DNA of 64,000 nt from an uncultured Phycisphaerales bacterium (GTDB lineage Bacteria > Planctomycetota > Phycisphaerae > Tepidisphaerales > Tepidisphaeraceae): the NCBI GenBank assembly GCA_963758525.1, contig CAVWVQ010000003.1, forward strand, positions 2,592,001 to 2,656,000, in the 5' to 3' direction. The notes under the pieces were generated by a model. That model did not search any database. It saw only the letters and a program-made list of their open reading frames with translations, and was not told the origin of the DNA. Position numbers and translations under genes: made by a program. Positions 51,692-62,481 of the stretch are shown here, in pieces. Numbering within the stretch: position 1 is the first letter of the stretch; each line of letters opens with the position of its first letter.

Positions 51692-52816
51692 TCAGCTGCT
51701 TGGCTGAGCCGGGAGTGCCTTTTGTTGAATCCTTCTGAACAGGTGCAGCAGAGCAGTGAGGGCAGGGGATCGCTCAAACTCATGTGCGCGGTAAAGCATA
51801 CCCATCGGGATGCGAATCTTCTGCAGCTCCTTCGTCAGCAGTCCCTTGCTCAGCTTGCCTTCCGTCTTTAGCGGTGGGTCGTACGATGGCGGCCTTGCAG
51901 CGTGGGCCCAATCCACGAAACTCTTTGTCGCCAGCATCAATGCCGGATCGGGTTGAAATCGCAACACCTGAACCTGGTTCATACTGTCATGTATCTTTGG
52001 CCTTCTCAATGTGAGACGCTCACAACGATCAGAGCCGAGCGACTCGACCAACCACGACCGCGTCACGCCGGGAAGTGGCATATAGGCTAGCCATTGCTCT
52101 ATTTCAACAGGACCTACCGTTAATCCGATCTTCGAAACCAAGGCCGCATTGAGGAGTACAGCCATCTGTTCCTCCCCGATCTTTTCGAAATGAAACCCCT
52201 CCGGAATTCCGACAAGCTCTCCGTTCGTTTCGACGAAAGGCGATAAGAAGCAATCGCAAGTACTAAACTCTGCCTTCACGGCTCCAAAGACATGCCGCGA
52301 GTGGACGGGAGTGATTCGAACCTCCAACTCCGGATTTAACCGCGTGAGATGATACCGAAGGTCCGCCGCGAGACGCAGCATCATGTGCACTGATCCAATT
52401 TCCACCCGCGGCTTCACCTTCGAGGATTGCTCTTCGATTTGCTTCTGAAAGAGCCGTAGGTGTTCCGCTGCCCACCGAGCAAAATGTTCCCCGACAACGG
52501 TTAGCTCGTAAGGTTGTCCGCTACGTCGCTGTTCGGCGACCGTTACCTCCGTATTTAACACCTCCGACAGGAGTCTGGACAGCTTAGTGACACGCCATCG
52601 GACAGATGACGGATCGATGTTCAGCAACACACCTAACTCGCGGGGCGTTTTATTCAGATATAAGTGAGAGGCCAACAGAAGATCGGCGACATCCATCGTC
52701 CCCAGTTTTTCCAAAGCAATCAGGTTCAAGTCGGCCGCCATCGAAGGCCGTTCCGTCGCTGGCGACGTTGGTTCCACAGCCAAGGTCCGCGACGATTTCC
52801 GCACCCGATTTCTCAT
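51692..52816 (-). CDS. Divergent LysR-family transcriptional regulator (start may be 52741)
   Basis: N-terminal HTH (LLNIDPSSVRWRVTKLS..RRSGQPYELTVVGEHF), LNPELEVRI; divergent from the operon. Confidence 0.6.
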   Translation of the reverse strand: MRNRVRKSSRTLAVEPTSPATERPSMAADLNLIALEKLGTMDVADLLLASHLYLNKTPRELGVLLNIDPSSVRWRVTKLSRLLSEVLNTEVTVAEQRRSGQPYELTVVGEHFARWAAEHLRLFQKQIEEQSSKVKPRVEIGSVHMMLRLAADLRYHLTRLNPELEVRITPVHSRHVFGAVKAEFSTCDCFLSPFVETNGELVGIPEGFHFEKIGEEQMAVLLNAALVSKIGLTVGPVEIEQWLAYMPLPGVTRSWLVESLGSDRCERLTLRRPKIHDSMNQVQVLRFQPDPALMLATKSFVDWAHAARPPSYDPPLKTEGKLSKGLLTKELQKIRIPMGMLYRAHEFERSPALTALLHLFRRIQQKALPAQPSS

Positions 52817-53071
52817 CCCCGGGGATTGTATGCCGTGTCGGCGGGTCGCGCAAGCAGGAATTACCTACTGAATTAAAGATTACTCTGTGTATTTTGTGTT
52901 CGCAAGGTTTATTCTGCGGGGGCCGTCAGCGAGAGGAGGCCCTTGATGTCGCTGGATCGAATGCGTGTAAATTCGCCTGAAGTTTCCCAGACACAGAGGG
53001 ACAGCTCCACCCACCGGTGGTCCCAGTACACGTTGGTGCCGCTCGCTCTTTCGTCGTTCAGAGTTTTTGGC

Positions 53072-53905
53072 ATGAGTACTCCATCCACGATCGACATCAA
53101 GGCCCCGATGTTGTTCCACGACGGATCATCACCGCCGACCGCTGTAGTTGTTTTCGATGCGTTCCGGTGTTCGTCCACGCTCCTGGCTTGCTTCGCTCGC
53201 GGATTGCACGCGGCGGTATTGTCGGAGAAGGGCCAGTCGGCGGCCGGTACGACGATCGGTAAGGCGGAGCAACTAGCACAAGAGCTGAAATGCAAATTAA
53301 TCCTCGGCGGCGAACTGCATGGGCGTGCCGTCAGCGGAGGTGTTGTCGGCAACTCACCGATCGAGTCCTGCACAGCAATTCTTGACGACAGAAAGCTTCT
53401 GCATTTTCAGTCTACTAACTTTGCCCGGTCGTTCAACAAGATCACGGACTACGTACATCAGCAGCGGGAGGGTTTGGTGGAGATATTCGTCATTAGCTAT
53501 GCGAACGCCGCCATCACAGCACAACTAATTCAGAGTTCTGGATACGAACGCATCATCGCTGTTTGTGGTGGTTTCTTCGATTGCATGGCCATCGAAGATA
53601 TGACGCTCGGTGGCAGGTTCATTAGCGAGCTCGGGATCGACGACGGGGATCTCGATGACGATTCGCTGGCGATGCTTGCGTGCTACCGTGCTCTAAATCC
53701 GACGCCTGCCCTTGTGGGTGGGGGTTGGGCAGGACGAGTTCTCCGGCACATTGGTAAAGCCGAGGACATCTGGGACGTCATCGGCACGTCGCGGTTGCCA
53801 CAGCATCAACGCCGCCGCATGTCGAACTTAATCTTGCAGGTTAGATGGATTCACGGCACCCCGATGATTCAAGCGGTGGCCAGTCAACTCCTAACGAGAG
53901 TGTAG
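53072..53905 (+). CDS. 2-phosphosulfolactate phosphatase (ComB)-like protein
   Basis: VVVFDAFRCSST, LGGELHG..GNSP, STN, SYANA, IEDMTLGG. Confidence 0.75.
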   Translation: MSTPSTIDIKAPMLFHDGSSPPTAVVVFDAFRCSSTLLACFARGLHAAVLSEKGQSAAGTTIGKAEQLAQELKCKLILGGELHGRAVSGGVVGNSPIESCTAILDDRKLLHFQSTNFARSFNKITDYVHQQREGLVEIFVISYANAAITAQLIQSSGYERIIAVCGGFFDCMAIEDMTLGGRFISELGIDDGDLDDDSLAMLACYRALNPTPALVGGGWAGRVLRHIGKAEDIWDVIGTSRLPQHQRRRMSNLILQVRWIHGTPMIQAVASQLLTRV

Positions 53906-53907
53906 AG

Positions 53908-54321
53908 ATGAATTGCTTCATCATCAAGAAGTCCTTCCACTTTCACGCGGCCCACCGCAACGAAGATCTTTCTAACGATAGATGCTTCTCAATTCACGGT
54001 CATACGTACCACGTAGACTGTCACTTCGCTTTCACAAAAGCCGACTCCCACAGTGTCACGATGCTATTTTCTGATATTGAGAAGCAGGTACTCCCGGTGC
54101 TGGCTCCATTCGAGCACAGCTTCATCGTGAATCGGGTAGACCCCCTATATACGGTGTTGAGGGACCAAGGCATTAAACTCTGTGTCCTCGATCATCCCTC
54201 ATCTGCGGAAAATCTCGCACAACTATTCTTCGATCGAATACGGGCGAACACTGAGCTGAACCTAGTTCGGTTAGACCTTCAGGAGACGGAGAGTTCTGTC
54301 GTTTCCTATTGTGGTTCCTAG
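53908..54321 (+). CDS. queD: 6-carboxy-tetrahydropterin synthase (QueD/PTPS-I family)
   Basis: FHAAH, CFSIHGHTY (CxxxHGH), EHSF, PSSAENLA, LQET. Confidence 0.85.
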   Translation: MNCFIIKKSFHFHAAHRNEDLSNDRCFSIHGHTYHVDCHFAFTKADSHSVTMLFSDIEKQVLPVLAPFEHSFIVNRVDPLYTVLRDQGIKLCVLDHPSSAENLAQLFFDRIRANTELNLVRLDLQETESSVVSYCGS

Positions 54322-54928
54322 GTACAGCAGGCCGAAGGACGTGGCCGAAATGAATCCTCTTTTGCTGATACCGAAGTGGTTGTACATGGCACGCAAACAT
54401 GGCGTGCCGAAGCCGGAGGCGTTCTGCTTGAGCACCATCACAAGGGCGGGAATGCCGTCTTCGCGGATGATGTTGGTAACCGAATGTCTTGACGGGGAGC
54501 TAATCTTTTGCACTGACTGTCGGAGCAATAAGGGTCAAAACATATCTGATAATCCCGCGGCGGCGGCGTTGCTCTATTGGCAGCCAATTAGTCGCCAAGT
54601 GCGGCTCGAAGGAACGATCGAACCCGCACAGGATTCACTTGCAGACGCAGATTTCAATAGAAAAACGGCTGGTCAGCGGTTGATCATTTCGCTGGGCATC
54701 CAGAGCAGCACGCTGCGTCGCTACCGCCGTCTTGCTTTTGACGTTTCTGACAAGCTGTCAGTGATGGCGGACGGTGCTCAGCTGACTAGGCCGTGGTACT
54801 GGAAGGCATATCGCCTGCGAGCTTCACGCGTCGAATTTTTCCGTGGCGGCTCGCATCGGCTGAATCGTCGGCTCTCGTTCCTATTAGATGAGCGCGGCCG
54901 ATGGAAAGCTCAACGTCTATATCCCTAG
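54311..54928 (+). CDS. Pyridoxamine 5'-phosphate oxidase (PdxH/PhzG)-like FMN protein, divergent
   Basis: PEAFCLST..GMPSSRMML, SNKGQNISDNP, YW..RQVRLEG, RPWYW, VEFF, RLYP. Confidence 0.8.
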   Translation: MVPRYSRPKDVAEMNPLLLIPKWLYMARKHGVPKPEAFCLSTITRAGMPSSRMMLVTECLDGELIFCTDCRSNKGQNISDNPAAAALLYWQPISRQVRLEGTIEPAQDSLADADFNRKTAGQRLIISLGIQSSTLRRYRRLAFDVSDKLSVMADGAQLTRPWYWKAYRLRASRVEFFRGGSHRLNRRLSFLLDERGRWKAQRLYP

Positions 54929-54963
54929 CCACCGATAAGGTAACGGCCATCCATCAGGAGTTT

Positions 54964-55935
54964 ATGATCGACGCTGTCCAGTTAATCTCGCACGCGGTGT
55001 TTGATCTGCCAGACGCCGGTGACACGGTCGCAATCCTTTGCCATTTCAACCCGTGCCTCTACATATCACCCGTCCGGAATCTCGCAGCCACCCTCGATTG
55101 GCTTTTGGCGGAAGAACTTCCCACGTATGCAATCGAGCTGAGGTGCGGTCATAGCGTATCTGCACCACCCGTCTTACCAGTTGGCCATCGGAAGGTGCTT
55201 CAACTTACCAGCGACTCCTGGATGTTCGTGAAAGATAATCTTTGGAATGTTCTTGCGAAAAATCTACCGGCTCACTTCTCGAACATAATCTGCGTCGACG
55301 CTGACGTGAGCTTGAGGACACGGGGTTGGAAAAAGACCTTAGCAGATCGCTTAGGGTCATTTCCAGTCGTTCAGCCGTTTAGCCGCGGGGTTTGGCTTGA
55401 TTCCATTGGCAATGTGTTCAAAGAGAAATACTCGTGCGGTTATGCGGCCAACTGCGGCCTCCCGACGCCGCATCTGTCAAAGGAATATCACTGCGGATTT
55501 GCGGTCGCCGTGCGGCGAGATTTCTGGGCGGAGACCGGCGGCTTTTTCAATAGCCCGGTTGGGGGTGGGTCGTTGTTCCTTATGTCAGCTACGCTCGGCG
55601 TAGAAAATGAACTCGAGCCGATCCTTTCCAGTGCAGCTCCAGCGTTTGCTCGCCAGTACCGGGAGTGGGCTGACCGAGTTAGATGTTGGTCCCACCAAAG
55701 GCTGGGGCACGTGGACGGCGATGCTTACCACCTTTGGCACGGATCCCGGGCCAAGCGTCGCTACTTTGACAGATTTGAACTACTCAGCGGCTTCGATCCA
55801 TTCACGGATGTCGAAAGTAAGCCGTCGGGACTCCACGAATGGAGCCCAGTGGCTCGGACGACTAAGCAGACTATGTTGCGGAGAATTGAGGACTACTTCA
55901 AAGAACGCGAGGAAGACGAGCACGTCGTTCCCTGA
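54964..55935 (+). CDS. Putative GT-A glycosyltransferase
   Basis: HFNP, KDNLWN, VDAD (DxD), VVQPF, GFAVAVRR..GGF, HLWHG. Confidence 0.6.
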   Translation: MIDAVQLISHAVFDLPDAGDTVAILCHFNPCLYISPVRNLAATLDWLLAEELPTYAIELRCGHSVSAPPVLPVGHRKVLQLTSDSWMFVKDNLWNVLAKNLPAHFSNIICVDADVSLRTRGWKKTLADRLGSFPVVQPFSRGVWLDSIGNVFKEKYSCGYAANCGLPTPHLSKEYHCGFAVAVRRDFWAETGGFFNSPVGGGSLFLMSATLGVENELEPILSSAAPAFARQYREWADRVRCWSHQRLGHVDGDAYHLWHGSRAKRRYFDRFELLSGFDPFTDVESKPSGLHEWSPVARTTKQTMLRRIEDYFKEREEDEHVVP

Positions 55936-56403
55936 GACCACGGCACGGTCAGGGAAGCTATCGCATTCCATTTGTTATCTGGAGGCACCGGGAAGGCCAC
56001 CCTACCAGCCCGGCCGATCCCGACCGGGGTCTTCTTCTTTGGCGATACATTGAGACTTGCGTAGTCGAATTCCCCCTGGCCTCCGGATCGGCCATCGACT
56101 ACTGGACTGCTACCCTGTTCGCCGGAGTTTCGGCTCATCGATCCCCAGCGGCTGGGTCGGGCGAAGGTCCAGCCAGGCCCGAGCCATCGCAGACAGCCGT
56201 GCCGTAGCTGACATTCGCCTCTGCTCGTGATACGGCTGCGTCAGCCAAGGCAGATTCGGTCGTCAGGGTACCTCGGAGATTCTTGGACGCGCGCCGGATC
56301 AATCGCCAATAAACTCCGAATTATCGGGAACCCGGTTTCACTTCCAACGTCTAACCCTCCGTTCCAAGTCTCCGAACCAAGCTCGCACTGAAAGGGCTCG
56401 ATC

Positions 56404-59400
56404 ATGTTCGCACCTCGCGTGACGGCGTCTTGTTTGGCCCTTGCACTGGTTGTCGCGGGATTGCTCCTGGCGGATGAGCCGGGCAACGCACCCGGGCCGA
56501 AGGATCCGTGTTATCTTGGGCATGTTTCCACGGACAAACCGATCTATCGACCGGGAGAACGGGTCTGGCTGCGCGGCGTCGTCCTGGGGGCGCTGGATCA
56601 CAAGCCCTTGCCGGAGGGACAATCAGCTGATGCCGTTTTGCAGATCACCGGCCCCAGGGGGGAGCAGCTTTTCACGACAAATGGGCAGATTCAAGAGAGC
56701 GTGGCGGGGTTCGCCTGGGATGTGCCTGCCGACGCGGCTGGCGGGCAATATGCGGCCGTCGTCAGTTTTCCCTATAGCGGGTTCCCACCGGCAAAACGCA
56801 TTTTTGACGTGCGAGCCTATCGCGCTCCGCGGCTCAAGGGTGAGATTATCTTCCTTCGCGATGGATTCGGGCCGGGCGACATGGTCAGAGCATCGCTCCA
56901 TGTTGAGCGCGCCGAAGGCGGCCTGCCCGCCGGGGCAAAAGTGTCGGCAACCGCCATCGTCGATGGCCAAGACGCGTACTCGGGCCAGACGGTCATTGAT
57001 CCGGCCGGGAATTGCTCGGTTGCGTTTACGCTGCCGGCCCGGATCGAGCGCGGCGACGGGACGCTCTCGCTGGCGGTAGCCGATGGCGGCGTGGTCGAGC
57101 CGATCGCCAAGACGATCCCAATTCTGCTGAAGAGCGTTGATCTGGCGATCTATCCCGAGGGAGGCGATCTGGTCGCCGGGTTGCCTTGCAGGGTCTATGT
57201 CGAAGCGCGCACCACCGCGCAGAAGCCGGCGGACCTGGTGGGACAGGTGATCGATTCGCATGGCAACGCCGTGGTCGATTTTGCTACCGAGCATGAGGGG
57301 CGCGGCCGATTTATCCTCACCCCCAAAACCGGTGAGAGCTATGCGATCAAGCTTTCGCAGCCCTCGGGCATCACCAGGATCTACCCGCTCCCCGCGGCCA
57401 AGACCGAGGGCGTCGTGCTGCTGGCGTTGGACGATATGACCCGGGGCGGCGAGCCGATCCGACTCAACATCGCGGGGACCGCCGCCGGATCATACGATGT
57501 CAGCCTTTCCAAACGGCAGACGGAAGTGGCGTCCGCCCCCGTCAAACTGCTGCCCGGCGTGGCCGCGCAAGTGGTTCTCACGCCGCCTTCATGGGCGGAC
57601 GGCGTGCTGGTCGCGACCGTAAAGACCGCCGACGGCACTCCCATCAGTGAACGGCTGATCTTCCGCCAAAGCGCCCGGGCCATCCACGTGAAGGTGACAG
57701 CGGATCGACCTTCCTTCACGCCCGCCGACCAGGTGAACATCAGCGTCACCACCACGGACGACGCCGGAAAGCCGGTGCCGGCGGTCGTTGGCGTCACCGC
57801 CACCGACGAAGCCGTACTGCGCATCCCAGAAAAGCGCGATCGCGCCCCGCGGCTGGGGGCGATGGTGCTCCTGGGAAATGACGTGCGTGACCTGGCCGAC
57901 GCCGGGGCCTATCTCGACCGGGCTGATTCCAAGGCACCGCTGGCAACCGATTTGCTTCTTGGGACGCAGGGATGGCGCAGGTTCGCGACGGTCGATGCGA
58001 AAAAGTTCATCGCCGCCTACGGCGATCCCGCCCGGCGCGCCTGGGAGATCTGCTGCCGCCGCAACCGATGTTCTGGAATGTTGCCGGTGGCCGGGGCGGA
58101 GGCGGTCGGTTCTTTGCAGTGACCGCCGCCCGGGCTCCTGGGCCGATGGTACGTGAGCAGAACGCGGCGGAAGACGCAAAGCTCAACGATCGCGCTGCAG
58201 AGAACAGGCCGCCTGCCGCCCCCGCGATGGTCGACCAGTCGCAAGCCGGGCAACAGGTAAGGAAGGACCTGCAATTGCAGCCGGCGGCTGACATGCCGGC
58301 GACACAGCCGGCAGCAATGCCGATTGCGATGCCGCCGCCGCTTCCCGTCGTTCGCATCTATGCCCACGATCTCCAGCCCAATCGATCCAGCAGCGATCGC
58401 ACCGATTTCACCGAGACACTGTACTGGGCCGCCGGCGTAAAGACCGACGAAAAGACCGGGACGGCAACACTCTCCTTCCATCTCAATGACTCGGTCACCA
58501 GCTTTGCCATTACCGCCGACGCATTCGATGCTTCGGGAGCACTGGGCGAAGGCAAGACGATCATCACCTCCTCTAAGCCGTTCTACGTTGAGCCCAAACT
58601 GCCGCTGGAAGTGAGCGTCGGCGATCTGATTCACCTCCCGATCGCGGCCGTCAATAACACGCGGAGCAATCTGGATCGCGTCCGTCTCACTCTCAACGGC
58701 GGAGCCGGGCTGAGCATCTCTCCGATCCAGGAGTTTGATCTTCCGGCTGGCCAGCGCGTGCGGCAATTGGTTGATCTGCGCGTTGGCGCTGCGCCGGGAA
58801 CCACAAAGGTCGTTGTCGATGCCCGCGCCGGCGACTTTACCGATCAGGTAACGCGCACGCTGGCCATCGTGCCGCTGGGATTCCCGACAGAAATCAACAA
58901 GGGCGGGCTGGTCAGCTCCGCCGGCAGCGTGGTCGACGAAATCCAGGTTCCCCAGTCTGTGGTGGCGGGAAGCATGAAAACCTCGGCCGCCCTCTACCCC
59001 ACTCCATTGGCCAATCTCACCGAGGCGTTGCAGGGGCTGTTGCAGGGGCCAAACGGCTGCTTCGAGCAGACCACCTCGACCAACTATCCGCTGGTCATGG
59101 CCGACCAATATTTCACGACCCATGCCGGGGTCGACCCATCGCTCATCGCCCACAGCAACGATCTGCTGGATAAGGGATACGCGCGACTGACCAGTTTTCA
59201 GTGCAAGAACAAGGGGTATGAATGGTTCGGCGAAGACCCCGGACACGAATGCCTGACGGCGTACGGGCTGCTTGAGTTCACCGATATGTCCGCCGTTCGC
59301 AGCGTCGATCCCGCGATGCTTCAGAACACACGCACCTGGCTGCTGGCCCGACGTGACGGCAAGGGAGGCTTCACCCACGAACGGCGTGCCCTGCATACCT

Positions 59401-60488
59401 GGGTCACCGATCCCGACTGTGCCAACGGCTATTGCACATGGGCCCTGCTCGAAACCGGCCAGAGCGGCCTCGATACAGAGGTGAAGTGGCTCGCGGAGCA
59501 CGCACAAACCGATCCCAACAGCTATGTCAAAGCCCTGGCCGCCAGCTCCCTGTACCTCGCCGGCGACAAGGCCGGTGCGCGGCAGTTCATGGATCGGCTG
59601 GCCGACCTGCAGGATAAAGACGGCCACGTTCGCGGAGCAGTCACCACCGTCGTCGGCAGCGGCGGAGACAGCCTGGAAATCGAAACCACCTCGTTGGCGA
59701 CACTGGCGTGGCTGCGCGAGCCGGCGTACGCCGCACATGTCGAGTCGGCCATCCGCTACCTGGCCGACTCCTGCAAAGCCGGACGATACGGCTCGACGCA
59801 ATCGACCGTGCTGGCGCTGCGCGCGATCATCGCCTATGACAAAGCCCGCGCCCATCCGACCGCCGCCGGCAAAGTGCTGCTTTTTGTCGATCATCAAGGC
59901 GTGGGCGAAGCGATCACCTTTGACGCCAGTTCCACCGGCGCGATCAAGCTCCCCGACTTCTCAGCGCAGATGACGCCCGGCGAACACGCTGTCGAATTGC
60001 GCATGACCGACGGCTCCAGTCTTCCGGACGCCGTCACGGTGTCATTCAACAGCGTGACGCCCGTCTCTTCCAAGGGGTGCCCACTGACGATGACCACGGC
60101 GCTTGCCGATCCGCAGGTGGCCGAAGGAGCGCCCACCGAGGCGCGGGTGACGATCACCAACCGGTCGGTCGCGACGCTCCCCACTCCGATCGCGATCGTC
60201 GGCCTGCCCGGCGGCCTGGAAGTGCGGCACGATCAACTCAAGGAACTGGTGAAAGCCGGCCGCATCGCCGCCTACGACGTGCGCGGCCGGGAGGTGATCC
60301 TGTATTGGCGTGACATTCAGTCCAAGCAGACCATCGAGGTCCCGCTCAGCCTGACCGCTGCCATCCCCGGTGAATACACCGGCCCGGCCAGCCGTGCGTA
60401 CCTGTATTACTGCGATGAATTCAAGCAATGGCTGCCGGGAATGAAAGTCACCATCATGGCCAAGGCCTCGCAAGCCCAGCGGGGATGA
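56404..60488 (+). CDS. Alpha-2-macroglobulin family (MG2/TED) protein (frameshift near 58040)
   Basis: Signal peptide, STDKPIYRPGE, YPEGGDLVAG, DLLLGTQGWRRF, RTDFTETLYW, thioester GCFEQ, AYLYY. Confidence 0.9.
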
Positions 60489-60586
60489 CGCAACTCTTTT
60501 CTTTACTCCGCGACGATTCACCCGTCTGACGGATGCGTTCTCAAGGAAGCTCGCGGGCCTGGATTTCTCATGTAGACTTCCCTCTG

Positions 60587-61285
60587 GTGAAACGCCGCTT
60601 TTTCAACGTGCTGGCCGGGGTATCACTGCTATTGTGCGTCACAATGGTGACGCTGTGGGCGCGGAGCTACCGCGTTGCAGACAGTTTTGCGGTGAAAGTT
60701 CCTCCGCATTCAATCGCACCTGCCACACATCAGCCTTTCATCGCCTGCGAGCTGGATTCATACCGGGGTATCGTGAGGTTCATGGATGTTGATGTTCGGT
60801 TCGGCATTGCCTACTGGCGAACTGGGATTCGATGGGGCTGGGGAACAGTTCAACCGCAGGATGCACCAAGGTTCTGGACCGACATTATTCCCCTGCGTCA
60901 GCAGCACACCTGGCTCCATGCTGGCTTCGGGTATGCCGCCGGGCGCGCACGCGGATTTTACTACTATCCTGTCGGCGCGGTGGCCGCGCCTGATTGGGTT
61001 CTCGTAATACTCACCGCGGTAATTCCATGTCTATGGGTGGACCGCTTCCGGCGTCGAGTGAGTCGCTTGAGGGGAGGGCTTTGCCCTTCATGCGGTTACG
61101 ACCTCCGTGCCACGCCTGCCCGCTGCCCCGAGTGCGGAACGGCCACCGCGGGTGCGGGAATCTCAAACTGCCCCAATATTCGCCCTCGAACGGTTTCGCT
61201 GCAGGGGTGGTCGACGCCGGCGGGCCATTCAAAGGCTGAAGATGGGCATTGGCCATCTCGGGGAAAGGGGATGTGCCGTCGCTGA
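60587..61285 (+). CDS. Membrane protein with C-terminal Zn ribbon
   Basis: KRRFFNVLAGVSLLLC..LWARSY; GLCPSCGYDLRATPARCPECG. Confidence 0.75.
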   Translation: MKRRFFNVLAGVSLLLCVTMVTLWARSYRVADSFAVKVPPHSIAPATHQPFIACELDSYRGIVRFMDVDVRFGIAYWRTGIRWGWGTVQPQDAPRFWTDIIPLRQQHTWLHAGFGYAAGRARGFYYYPVGAVAAPDWVLVILTAVIPCLWVDRFRRRVSRLRGGLCPSCGYDLRATPARCPECGTATAGAGISNCPNIRPRTVSLQGWSTPAGHSKAEDGHWPSRGKGMCRR

Positions 61286-61721
61286 GCATTGGCCGCTTTA
61301 GCACTGCCTATAAACCCATATGATTTTGGCACTTACATCACGGCCCCGTCTCAGACGCTCAAAACAGGGGTACTCGCGGGCCATCTGAGCCCCGCAAACT
61401 GCCTCAGCGAGGCGGGAAATCGCAGCAAACCACATTGTGGCGAGGGCCTGGCATCACCAGACGCTATGGCTCGCTGCAATAAACCTCTAATTCAAAAACC
61501 GGTTTTTAGATTATCCGCCCGGGTCGAGTTGCCGGATGAACCAGAGTTAGCCATAGAAGTAGAACGACGGGGGGGCTAACGGGAACCGCCGTCGCGGCTG
61601 GTCACGCGCCCGATCCGTCCCGATCGGGTTGTTGAGAGTTCTCACAGTTTTCAGCGGTCGCTGCCACAACGTTGTCAGTGGCGTTGTGCATACTCCCTTC
61701 ATCAATTGAAAGGAGCCCGCG

Positions 61722-62315
61722 ATGGCAAAGAGATCGAACGCAATGGCGCGGTTGAAGCAGTTTCTGAACCGCAGTGGCTGGCAGTACATGACCGACAAGG
61801 AGCAGACGCTTCGCGGCCTGATGAGCGGCGACAACGGCCAGTGGAACTGGATCGCCACACAAACGGATGATGACCGGTTTCTGATGTTTTGCGCAAGTTC
61901 CCCCGTGAAGGTGCCGCCAAAGAAACGTCTCGCGGTCGCGGAATATCTCACTCGCGCCAACTGGTGTTTCCAGTTCGGCAACTTTGAAATGAACTGGTCT
62001 GACGGGCAGGTGGTGCTCCGCACGTCCATTCCCATCACGGCGGGGTCTGCGCCACCCGACGCGATCGAGCACCTGGTCTATGGCAACTGCTCGTTGATGG
62101 ACCGTCACCTGCCGGGCTTGCTGGCAGTGAGCATCGGCAATGTGAAGCCGGCGCAGGCGATAGCGGACGTGCAGCGCGGCCCTGATGTGCCCAGCGCGGA
62201 AGAGAACTCCGCAGTGACGGCTGGCGATTGCCCTCAGACACCCGATGCCTCGACGGTGATTCCGCGGCCGGTGTCGCCGAGCGGGCTCGATGGATTTTCC
62301 GCCGGCAACAACTGA
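61722..62315 (+). CDS. YbjN domain protein
   Basis: AAGGAG RBS; KRLAVAEYLTRANW..GNFEMNWSDGQV. Confidence 0.8.
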   Translation: MAKRSNAMARLKQFLNRSGWQYMTDKEQTLRGLMSGDNGQWNWIATQTDDDRFLMFCASSPVKVPPKKRLAVAEYLTRANWCFQFGNFEMNWSDGQVVLRTSIPITAGSAPPDAIEHLVYGNCSLMDRHLPGLLAVSIGNVKPAQAIADVQRGPDVPSAEENSAVTAGDCPQTPDASTVIPRPVSPSGLDGFSAGNN

Positions 62316-62481
62316 GCCGGGGCTTGAACCCGCCCCGGAGCGGAGGCATAGCCGGTATGTGTGTTCCCCAGGCCTTCCGAGTCAGCGAGCTTGTATATGG
62401 TGACGTGAACTGACCAGTTCCTCCACGGTCGTGGCACGCTGCTTCAAGCGACGGGCGACGGAAAGTCTTTTTCTGATTCAC

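Noticed and set aside
53908..54321. queD as part of a dpd 7-deazaguanine DNA modification system
   Set aside because: No dpdA/tgt, queC, queE or folE recognised in the window
56100..56245. Possible ISL3 transposase remnant (minus-strand ...PLGIDE...)
   Set aside because: Too short and degenerate to support without a search
58017..59897. Long antisense ORFs (also 12062-13753, 10967-12082, 24288-25403, 18234-19085)
   Set aside because: Shadows of well-supported genes on the opposite strand in GC-rich DNA, with no recognisable motifs
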